From a virus (Duplodnaviria; Caudoviricetes): a stretch of DNA of 56,889 nucleotides. Positions 34,989 to 42,757 of the stretch are shown here, in pieces. Position numbers and translations under genes: made by a program. The stretch lies in the IMG/VR virus record IMGVR_UViG_3300042465_004126, positions 1 to 56,889 of that record. The stretch is one strand, 5' to 3'. Under the pieces are notes generated by a model. The model had not been told where the DNA came from. It saw only the letters and a program-made list of their open reading frames with translations, and did not search any database. The first letter of the stretch is position 1. The number at the start of each line of letters is the position of its first letter.

Positions 34989-37091
34989 ATGAGTAAATTC
35001 GGTTTTGACGTCGAGGCGGTTCGCCTCACGTTGGTCACCCCGCAGGCGGTGGCGGAGCACCCCCAGATAACAGATACGACGTTGGACTACGCGCTACGTT
35101 ACGCTGAGCTGGGGTGGTACGTTATACCCGTCAGAGCTGACAAAAAGCCGGTAGACGGCTATGGCCTGAACAGCGCCACAAAAGACCCCGCCGTAATCCG
35201 CAACATCTGGACCCAGCACCGCAACGCGGGTATAGCGGTGGCGTGCGAAAAGTCAGGGCTCGTGGTGTTGGACATCGACCCCCGCAACGGCGGGCGCGAG
35301 ACCCTGGCGCAGCTCGAGGCCGAACACGGGCTGGTTTACGCAGCGGTGGCCTCGGTAACCCAAAGCGGGGGCGAGCACCGGGTGTTTAAAGCCGCCCCAG
35401 GGCAGCCCTACCCGGGCACGCTGGGGGCGGGGCTTGACGTAAAGCACCGGGGCTATATCTTGGTGGAGCCGTCGCGGGGGGAGTCCGGAGCGTACAGCTG
35501 GCAGGGCGAGCGCAACCCGCTTAAAGGGGCGCTCCCGCTGGATGCGCCAAAGGTGCTGCACGGAGCCCCCACCCCCGGCGAGGAACGCCCCCTGGGCCAC
35601 AAGAACCGCCCGGGTTCAATAATAGAAGCCCCCCAGTTCTACGCAGACCTGCGGGCCGCGCTGGCGGTAATACCCCCGGAGTGCGAGTACCCGCAGTGGC
35701 TGCGCATACTGCAAGGGTTGAGCCGCCTGAGTGACCGGGAGGCCGCATACGAGTTGGCGCGGGGGTGGAGCATGGGCAGCGTTAAGCCCGGACACACGGA
35801 ACACGCGCTCAAGGAGAAATGGCGCTCGCTGATGCGCGAAGACTCCGAGGTCGGCCCCCGCACCGTGTTTTACGTGGCAAACCAATTCAACCCTGAATGG
35901 TCAACAAGCCGTGCACCGGAGCCCCTAACTCCAGAGCCCGACCATCCCCTGTCGTTTGCGCATGCGTTGAATTCGGGGGCGGGCACGGTCTCCGCATTTG
36001 AGTACGTATACGACCGCTTCATGTCCACGGGGGTAAACGTAGTGGCGGGTGCGCCCGGGGTGGGCAAGACCACGTTGGTGATACCGCTGGCGCTGGCGGC
36101 GGCGCACCTTTGCCCGCCCGACCACCCCCTGAAGCCCCGGGTGCGCCGCAACGTCATCATCATCACGGAGTCTACGGTGCAGGTGCAGCGGGTCATTTAC
36201 TCCCTGGCCACCTGGGGCGGCACCGGGCTCGCGGCTGAAGAGTTCGACCGCCACGTGCGGGTAATCCCGGCCCAGCGGCTCGCCCCTTCACTCGTGGCCC
36301 AAGTGGCCGAACACTACCGCAGCTGGACCTACGACAACCCCCGCACCGACGGCTCGCAGCACGCCGCGCTGCCGTTAGTTGTGCTGGACACCGCCAACGC
36401 AGTGTTGGAGCTGGAGAGCGAGAATGACAACGCTGAGGTGGGCCGCGCCATGGCACTCATAAAGCAGGCGTTCAGCGAGTTTCCCCTCCTCATTGTGGCG
36501 CACACCAGTAAGATAATGGGGACCGGGGAGACCGATGGGCTGAGCCCCCGTGGTGCCTCAGCGTGGACAGGGGACGCGCAGGGCGTGTACACCGTGTTTA
36601 AGGACGGGGAGCACCCCGACTCGCCCCGAGTGCTTAAGGCCACCAAGGTGCGGTTCCCCACAGCGTATCCGGAGATGATGTTTGAGTTGGTGAGCCACAA
36701 AGAGGCCCACCCCAACGTGCTGGGGGAGAGCGAGGACGAGTGGTTTGCGCACTCGGTGGCCCGCCCGCTTAAACCAGGCGAACGCACACAATTAAAAGAG
36801 GACAACAAAGAGCTCAAACAGCAGGACGAGTGGTCCGCGCTGTGCGATGCCCTGCTCGACCTCGTCCGCACGCAGCCCGAGCACGCCCGCTCGTATTACG
36901 AAAGACTGCCGAAATCGGAAGGCGGGCCGGGCTACTCACAAGAGCGCAAAGAGAGGGCGATAACGTCCTTAATCAACGATGGGTGTCTTAAGATAGTGCT
37001 GCTCGAGAAGCCCCGGGGCCGCTCCGACCACTATCTCATCGTGGATGAGGAGGTTGTGGCTGCGGTTGATAAAGGGCGGTATAGTGTTTAA
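34989..37091 (+). CDS. Bifunctional primase-polymerase + PriCT-2 + AAA_25 helicase
   Basis: 'ALRYA..GW.VIP...K.P', 'LVVLDIDPRNGG', 'T.SGGEH', 'Y.QW', Walker A 'GAPGVGKTT', 'VVLDT', 'ENDN', 'RGASA..GD'. Confidence 0.9.
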   Translation: MSKFGFDVEAVRLTLVTPQAVAEHPQITDTTLDYALRYAELGWYVIPVRADKKPVDGYGLNSATKDPAVIRNIWTQHRNAGIAVACEKSGLVVLDIDPRNGGRETLAQLEAEHGLVYAAVASVTQSGGEHRVFKAAPGQPYPGTLGAGLDVKHRGYILVEPSRGESGAYSWQGERNPLKGALPLDAPKVLHGAPTPGEERPLGHKNRPGSIIEAPQFYADLRAALAVIPPECEYPQWLRILQGLSRLSDREAAYELARGWSMGSVKPGHTEHALKEKWRSLMREDSEVGPRTVFYVANQFNPEWSTSRAPEPLTPEPDHPLSFAHALNSGAGTVSAFEYVYDRFMSTGVNVVAGAPGVGKTTLVIPLALAAAHLCPPDHPLKPRVRRNVIIITESTVQVQRVIYSLATWGGTGLAAEEFDRHVRVIPAQRLAPSLVAQVAEHYRSWTYDNPRTDGSQHAALPLVVLDTANAVLELESENDNAEVGRAMALIKQAFSEFPLLIVAHTSKIMGTGETDGLSPRGASAWTGDAQGVYTVFKDGEHPDSPRVLKATKVRFPTAYPEMMFELVSHKEAHPNVLGESEDEWFAHSVARPLKPGERTQLKEDNKELKQQDEWSALCDALLDLVRTQPEHARSYYERLPKSEGGPGYSQERKERAITSLINDGCLKIVLLEKPRGRSDHYLIVDEEVVAAVDKGRYSV

Positions 37092-37285
37092 TCGTTCGGT
37101 GGTTCGTTTGGGTAATCGTTCGGCCAAACCAACCGAACGAACGATTACCCCGTGCACTCCTGTTAAAACCGCTCGATGGTCGGAGGGAGGGGGTTCAACC
37201 CTCCTCCCAGAGACGATCAGAGTGGTTGAGTTTGATCGTTCGTTTGGGTGTAGTTTACTAGATATAGAGGCCGAACGAACGATTG
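37091..37285. repeat. ATCGTTCG / CGAACGAT iteron-like cluster, putative replication origin
   Basis: About six direct and inverted copies plus a hairpin at 37184-37208, directly after the primase gene. Confidence 0.6.
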
Positions 37286-37325
37286 GTTTGAGTGGTGTTG
37301 TAGGTATGTTTAACTTTAAGGAGAA

Positions 37326-37631
37326 ATGTGTATGGTTGAGAAATTAAATGGTTCTGAATTTGATATGGCCTTTGTGCCTGTGAGTCTTGATGACTTGGAT
37401 ACGGTAATTGAGCGTAATGTGTGTTGGTTGACTGCGGAGGGGGTTGAGTTCCCGTGGCCAGAGGCCGGGGGTTACCGTATTCAGTGGTCGAGGCTTAAAA
37501 CGCAAAAGCACTTGCTGGGGTGGGTGGCGCAAGTGTGCACAAAGAGCTGGATGACGGGTATACGTTTGAATTACTTTGTCAACCAGGTGTGTACCCACAA
37601 AGGTTGGGTCATTCACCCTTTGCCAGTATAA
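37326..37631 (+). CDS. Hypothetical protein
   Basis: AAGGAG RBS; 'Y.I...RL.T...LL.W....C.K.W.T'. Confidence 0.6.
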   Translation: MCMVEKLNGSEFDMAFVPVSLDDLDTVIERNVCWLTAEGVEFPWPEAGGYRIQWSRLKTQKHLLGWVAQVCTKSWMTGIRLNYFVNQVCTHKGWVIHPLPV

Positions 37632-37632
37632 T
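37604..37632 (+). promoter_or_regulatory. Putative promoter for the packaging operon
   Basis: TTGGGT-17nt-TATAAT ending 6 nt before the terS ATG. Confidence 0.55.
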
Positions 37633-37638
37633 CGCACC

Positions 37639-38181
37639 ATGGCTACAACAAAGAAACAAAACTCGCCCCCCTTGCCGGGTGGGGCAGCGGTGCGGGTCAA
37701 GCGCCCCCGGGTCGAGGTGCTGCGGGATATTTGCGTGCACCTGGAGAAAGGGCTGAGTTTGTGGGAGTCCTGTGCAGCGGTGAGCGACTCCCCGACCCCG
37801 GGTACGGTGTTGGATTGGGTAGAAAAGGACCCCGCCCTGGCCGAACAATACGCGCACGCGAGATCTGTCGGCTACCGACTTCTGGCTGATGAAATCATCG
37901 CAATCAGCGACGAGACGGAAGTCGAAGCGCGGTACCAGAACGAAGACATCAAGCTGGCGCTGGATGCGACTGCGGTGGCCCGCAACCGGCTGCGGGTGGA
38001 CACTCGGAAGTGGATGCTGAGCAAGATGCTCCCCAAGATCTACGGCGACAAAGTGACGCAGGAACACGTGGGTGCTGGCGGAGGGGCAATCCAACTCTCC
38101 GCTGTAGACCTGCGCGGGCTAAGCGACGCCGAGCTAGTGCAGATGCAGACCCTGCTAGGTAAGGCTGCCCCCAGCGCATGA
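37639..38181 (+). CDS. terS: Terminase small subunit
   Basis: 'IC..L..G.SL...C.....P...TVL.W......EQYA.AR......ADEII.I.D...V.R.RLRVDTRKW.LSK..PK.YGDK'. Confidence 0.92.
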   Translation: MATTKKQNSPPLPGGAAVRVKRPRVEVLRDICVHLEKGLSLWESCAAVSDSPTPGTVLDWVEKDPALAEQYAHARSVGYRLLADEIIAISDETEVEARYQNEDIKLALDATAVARNRLRVDTRKWMLSKMLPKIYGDKVTQEHVGAGGGAIQLSAVDLRGLSDAELVQMQTLLGKAAPSA

Positions 38182-39755
38182 ATGCCCCGCTGACCCCGGC
38201 AGCGATGCTGGAGATGATTCAGCGGGAGCAGTTGCGGCGCAAAGCTGAGAGTTGCTTGTACGAGTTCGTTAAGCAGAGCTGGCACGTGGTGGAGCCGGGG
38301 ATACCGTTCATCCCGTCTTGGCACATACAGGAGATCTGCGAACACCTTGAGGCCATTTCATGCGGCGATATTCGGCGGTTGCTCATCAACATTCCGCCAA
38401 GGCATTCTAAGTCCACAATCGTGTCGGTGATGTGGCCGATGTGGGAATGGCTGACCACCCCGGAGCAGAAGTTCCTGTGCGCCAGTTACGCAGGCAACTT
38501 GAGCATCCGGGACAACCTGAAGGCTCGGCGGTTGGTGCAGTCGCCTTGGTACCAAGAGAGGTGGGGTGGGTTGTTTGAACTGTCCGGCGACCAGAACGCC
38601 AAGCAACGGTTTGAGAACAGCAAGACGGGCTACCGCATTGCTACCTCACCGGGCGGTATGGCGACCGGAGAAGGAGGCTCTCGGCTAGTGCTGGACGATC
38701 CCCATGGGGCTCAGGAGGCCCAGTCCGATGCGATGCGAGAGAGCACGCTGGAGTGGTTCGACGTTGTGTGGAGCACACGGCTGAACAACCCCAAGACCGA
38801 CGCCATGGTGGTGGTGATGCAGCGGCTGCATGAGCGCGACATCAGCGGCCACATTCTTGATGACATTAAGGGCTGGGAGCATGTCTGCATTCCTGCCGAG
38901 TGGGACGGCAAAGTGCGCAGCACGGTGCTGGGCCCATATGACCCCCGCACAAAGAAGGGCGAGCTTATCTGCCCTGAGCGGTTTGGGCCGGTGGAGATTA
39001 CAGCGCTCAAGCAGCTGCTCGGCTCGTACGGCACCAGCGGCCAACTACAGCAAGACCCCGTACCGAGCACTGGCGGCCTGCTCAAGACTAGCTTCTTTGA
39101 ACTCTGGCCGCACAGCGACCGGCTGCCGCAGTACGAGTACATACTGCAGAGTTACGACTGCGCGTTTACCGAAAAGACTACGGGCGACCCCACGGCGTGC
39201 ACAGTCTGGGGTGTGTTCACGCACAACCGGGAACGGCATTGTATGTTGCTCGATGCCTGGGATGAGCACTTGAGCTACCCGGACTTGAGGACAAAAGCGG
39301 TCAAGGACTGGACGACAGAGTACGGCGGTGACAACAACAATGGCGCAGGCATGCCAACTCGTGCTCGACGGCCCGACAGGATCCTAGTTGAGGCGAAAGC
39401 CAGTGGGCAATCGCTGCTGCAGGACTTGCGCTTGGCGAAAGTGCCCGCCGTGGGTTATAATCCGGGAAACGCAGATAAAATCAGCCGTGCGCATCAAGCC
39501 GCACCCACTTTGGAGCTTGGACTATTGTGGATACCCGAGTCAAAGCGCAACCCGGGCCAGCCTGTCAGCTGGGCAGCGGCGTTCCTCAAACAGTTGGCCA
39601 AGTTCCCACTGGCCGAGCATGACGATTATGTTGACACATTCACGCAGGCCGTCATCTACCTTAAGAACGATGGATGGTTTGAGCTGCCACAAGCCAAGGA
39701 CGTTGACGAACCACGGCCTAAGAGCAAAGACAAAGTCAATCCTTACGCAGCCTAG
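38178..39755 (+). CDS. terL: Terminase large subunit
   Basis: 'LLINIPPRHSKS', 'LVLDDPH', 'MQRLHE.D', 'QSYDCAF', 'E.KASGQSL.Q', 'FP...HDD.VD'. Confidence 0.96.
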   Translation: MNAPLTPAAMLEMIQREQLRRKAESCLYEFVKQSWHVVEPGIPFIPSWHIQEICEHLEAISCGDIRRLLINIPPRHSKSTIVSVMWPMWEWLTTPEQKFLCASYAGNLSIRDNLKARRLVQSPWYQERWGGLFELSGDQNAKQRFENSKTGYRIATSPGGMATGEGGSRLVLDDPHGAQEAQSDAMRESTLEWFDVVWSTRLNNPKTDAMVVVMQRLHERDISGHILDDIKGWEHVCIPAEWDGKVRSTVLGPYDPRTKKGELICPERFGPVEITALKQLLGSYGTSGQLQQDPVPSTGGLLKTSFFELWPHSDRLPQYEYILQSYDCAFTEKTTGDPTACTVWGVFTHNRERHCMLLDAWDEHLSYPDLRTKAVKDWTTEYGGDNNNGAGMPTRARRPDRILVEAKASGQSLLQDLRLAKVPAVGYNPGNADKISRAHQAAPTLELGLLWIPESKRNPGQPVSWAAAFLKQLAKFPLAEHDDYVDTFTQAVIYLKNDGWFELPQAKDVDEPRPKSKDKVNPYAA

Positions 39756-39760
39756 TTAAA

Positions 39761-42757
39761 ATGTCTATTGTCAAATGGGCCACTGAATTAGCAGAGTCTC
39801 TAGGTAAGCCCGAGGCTGCTAAGTTTATTTATGACTGGGCAAAAACTTCGGGTGGTAAGATACCCAACGCAGCCGAAACCGAGAGACTTTCGCGGGCGGT
39901 GGGTGAGGGCTTTAACGCTGTGGGCTACCGTTATAGCGCTAACCCAGCCAAAGATGAGCAGCACTTGCAGAAGATGCTCCTTGACCCCAAGCGTTTAGCT
40001 GATGAAAACCGAGCGTTTCACGTAGACCTTACTCCAGGCGGTCCCGCTGCGCGAGCCCGAGCCTTCAACGTCACGGGCAACTACGATGTGTTTGAACCCG
40101 GGTATGCCAATGTTCGACCGTTAGCTTTGCGCTTGGAGAACGTGGCGCGTGGGAGCGATGAACAAGCCAACGCTACGCGCTTTTTAACCGAGGCGCTCAA
40201 GCGCAACTCGTCAGGCGTTAGGTACACGCCCACTGCAGGTGAGCTTGCGGGTCCCGCTCGTGATGTTGATTCACTTTTTTATACACTTGCTAAGAGTTCC
40301 GGCTCAAACTATCAGCCTTCAGTCGCCATGATTGACCCTACCGCAGTACGAGATTTACGTACCGCAGCGTTTACACCTCGCACAAAAGCGGCTCTTGCTG
40401 CCGCAGTCGCTGCGGGTGCCACACCCCTACTTCAAGCAAAAGAGGTTTCTACCATGGCTAACCCTCTTGACGAGTTTTCGCCTCCACGCTATCGGTCTGC
40501 TGGTCGTAGGCCTGAGGCCAACAACGACAGAACCGCCTCTGCTAATGCGCCATTGTCAGCACTCCGGGGCTACGCAGCAGGTACTGCCGGATTGCCAGGA
40601 GACATTGAAGGATTGCTGCGTTCAGGCTTGTCCCAAGTCCCTTCACAGTTCCTGAATGCTCTGCCTGCGCTACGTGCATTTGGCATCGGCAGCCGTGCAG
40701 ACCCTACGCCGCAGCTACCGACTACAGAGTTCTACAATCAATATCTGCCAGGTGCTCAGCTAAACGCAACCCCGACCGGCAAAGCCTTCACCGGTGCAGG
40801 CAATATGCTAGGAGGTACTGGAGCTACAACCATTGCAGGCTTAGGTGCTAAGAGCACAGCTGAACTAGCAAACCTAGCCGCAAGGATAGCAGCAGAGTCT
40901 CCACGTGCAGGTAGTCGTGCTGCACAGTTGGGTGTCATCAAAATGCCAGGCGGTAACTTTCTTAAAGGTTCGGTGGAAGATGCTGTGAGACCGATGAAGA
41001 CGCCGCTTCCTGATGTTGAGCTGGTACGCGCTGCCGGAATGGATCCTATGAACCCGGGCCGTGCTCAGGCTGAAGCCCTCAACACCTTCATTGACAAGAA
41101 GATTGCGCCGTACATTAAGAATGAGATGGCCACACCTGGCGATCCTTTACGTGCAATGGCCGAGAAGTATGCCGTGGACAAACCTGCCAAGTTGGCTGAG
41201 GTGCAAGGACGTATTGATGCTTTTGCCGCCAAGATGGAACAGACAGCTAGAGAGCGTGGTGTGCCGGTTGGGGATCTGACCTCAATGCGTCAGCAGATGA
41301 TTGGCTTAGAGAAAGAGAAGGCTTTAGTTGAGGCTAGACAAGCGCTCCATACCTACAACGCAGAAGATGCATTCCATGGGGATTGGCTGCCGGAGCAAGT
41401 GGCTGTGGCAAGAATGCAAGCAGGGTTTCCAACCCATGGGTTAGGTGTTTCGCCTGTTGCCAGAGCATGGGAGAATGCATCTGACTCGGCCCTAAATGCA
41501 TCAACTGCAAGTGAACATACTCGCCCGTTAACAAATTCTGAGATTCGCCGAGGTCTAGGCTCCACTGTTGATAATAATTCGTGGCTGCTCAAAGTGCCAC
41601 CAGAAACCCCTGTTTATTATCCTGAAAGAGGTCTTACTGAAGACCTTGGCTTCAACCACCTAGTTGACGAGCTACGCAACGCCGCCAACCCTGAATCTGG
41701 CTTGCCTAAAAACCTGCATATTGACCCTGCTGACTTGGGCAAGCTCACTATGCCCAAAGCGGTTGAACTTGTAGCTGACATCAATGCTTGGCGTGCTACA
41801 CAAAAGGCTGAGGCTGATCTTTTAAGAGCCAACAACGCAGCTACGCAATTGGTCAAGGAGTATCCAGGGCAGGGGATGAAGTGGGTGGAGTTGAAGACGC
41901 CAGAAGCCAAGTTACCAGAAGGGGTGTCAGTAATTAAGTATGGAGACCTGTACCACGTCGTAGATGACGTAGGCACTAGCCTATCTGTAGGGGCGACTGA
42001 GAAAGAGGCATTAAATCTACTTTCCCGCTCTGAGAGAGAAACAACGCTCGCCGACGCCCTCAAGTACGAAGGCGACACCATGGCCCACTGCGTTGGCGGG
42101 TACTGTCCTGACGTTGTGGAGGGTAAGTCTCGTATCTACTCCCTGCGTGATGCCAAAGGCCAGCCGCGTGTGACGATTGAGGTTGGGAAACACAACCCAA
42201 ATCTTGATTTTCAATATGCAAAAGAAAATCTTGCGGAGCTATACGCAAAGTACAGAGCAAACCGAAATGATTACTTTAATAGTTGGCCTGATTTTTTGAA
42301 AAAAGAAGCGCCTGAACTTTTAGAATCAACGGAAAGCAAGATCGTCCAAATCAAAGGCTTCAGGAACAAAAAGCCTGCCGACGAGTTCCTGCCATTTGTG
42401 CAAGATTTTGTTAAGAGCGGTCAGTGGTCTAATGTGAAGGACTTGGAGAATTCCGGGTTGCTCCGGATTGGAGACAAGTATGTGGACGAAAACAAGTACC
42501 GCGAGGTGGCAGGCGACTTGAATCCAGATTACATCAGCAACTTGATTAACAATCGCGTAAAAGATCTTTCGCCAGATGATGCAGAGATCATCCGCCGTTT
42601 GCAGGAACCAGAACCCGGCTTTGCCCAAGGTGGTATGGTCTCATCAAACCACTTTGACCCAATTAGAATTAAACAGATAATTACTAGTTTGGATGATGAC
42701 TTTGATCCTGAACGAATTCAGCAAATAGTTGCGCAACGTGAAAGTGCATATGCCTAA
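39761..42757 (+). CDS. Large polyvalent-type protein with C-terminal PcfJ-like domain
   Basis: 'LKYEGDTMAHCVGGY.......RIYSLRD..G.P.VTIEV...I.QIKG..N' PcfJ-like motif; FAQGG near the C-terminus. Confidence 0.65.
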   Translation: MSIVKWATELAESLGKPEAAKFIYDWAKTSGGKIPNAAETERLSRAVGEGFNAVGYRYSANPAKDEQHLQKMLLDPKRLADENRAFHVDLTPGGPAARARAFNVTGNYDVFEPGYANVRPLALRLENVARGSDEQANATRFLTEALKRNSSGVRYTPTAGELAGPARDVDSLFYTLAKSSGSNYQPSVAMIDPTAVRDLRTAAFTPRTKAALAAAVAAGATPLLQAKEVSTMANPLDEFSPPRYRSAGRRPEANNDRTASANAPLSALRGYAAGTAGLPGDIEGLLRSGLSQVPSQFLNALPALRAFGIGSRADPTPQLPTTEFYNQYLPGAQLNATPTGKAFTGAGNMLGGTGATTIAGLGAKSTAELANLAARIAAESPRAGSRAAQLGVIKMPGGNFLKGSVEDAVRPMKTPLPDVELVRAAGMDPMNPGRAQAEALNTFIDKKIAPYIKNEMATPGDPLRAMAEKYAVDKPAKLAEVQGRIDAFAAKMEQTARERGVPVGDLTSMRQQMIGLEKEKALVEARQALHTYNAEDAFHGDWLPEQVAVARMQAGFPTHGLGVSPVARAWENASDSALNASTASEHTRPLTNSEIRRGLGSTVDNNSWLLKVPPETPVYYPERGLTEDLGFNHLVDELRNAANPESGLPKNLHIDPADLGKLTMPKAVELVADINAWRATQKAEADLLRANNAATQLVKEYPGQGMKWVELKTPEAKLPEGVSVIKYGDLYHVVDDVGTSLSVGATEKEALNLLSRSERETTLADALKYEGDTMAHCVGGYCPDVVEGKSRIYSLRDAKGQPRVTIEVGKHNPNLDFQYAKENLAELYAKYRANRNDYFNSWPDFLKKEAPELLESTESKIVQIKGFRNKKPADEFLPFVQDFVKSGQWSNVKDLENSGLLRIGDKYVDENKYREVAGDLNPDYISNLINNRVKDLSPDDAEIIRRLQEPEPGFAQGGMVSSNHFDPIRIKQIITSLDDDFDPERIQQIVAQRESAYA

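Noticed and set aside
33363-36871. Many long antisense ORFs over helicase and primase, and similar ones elsewhere
   Set aside because: They are shadow ORFs expected in GC-rich coding DNA, with no RBS or recognisable motifs.
37091-37285. Mini-CRISPR array
   Set aside because: The repeats are only 8-13 nt, occur in both orientations and lack regular spacers. The Cas4-like nuclease is a typical phage replication exonuclease.
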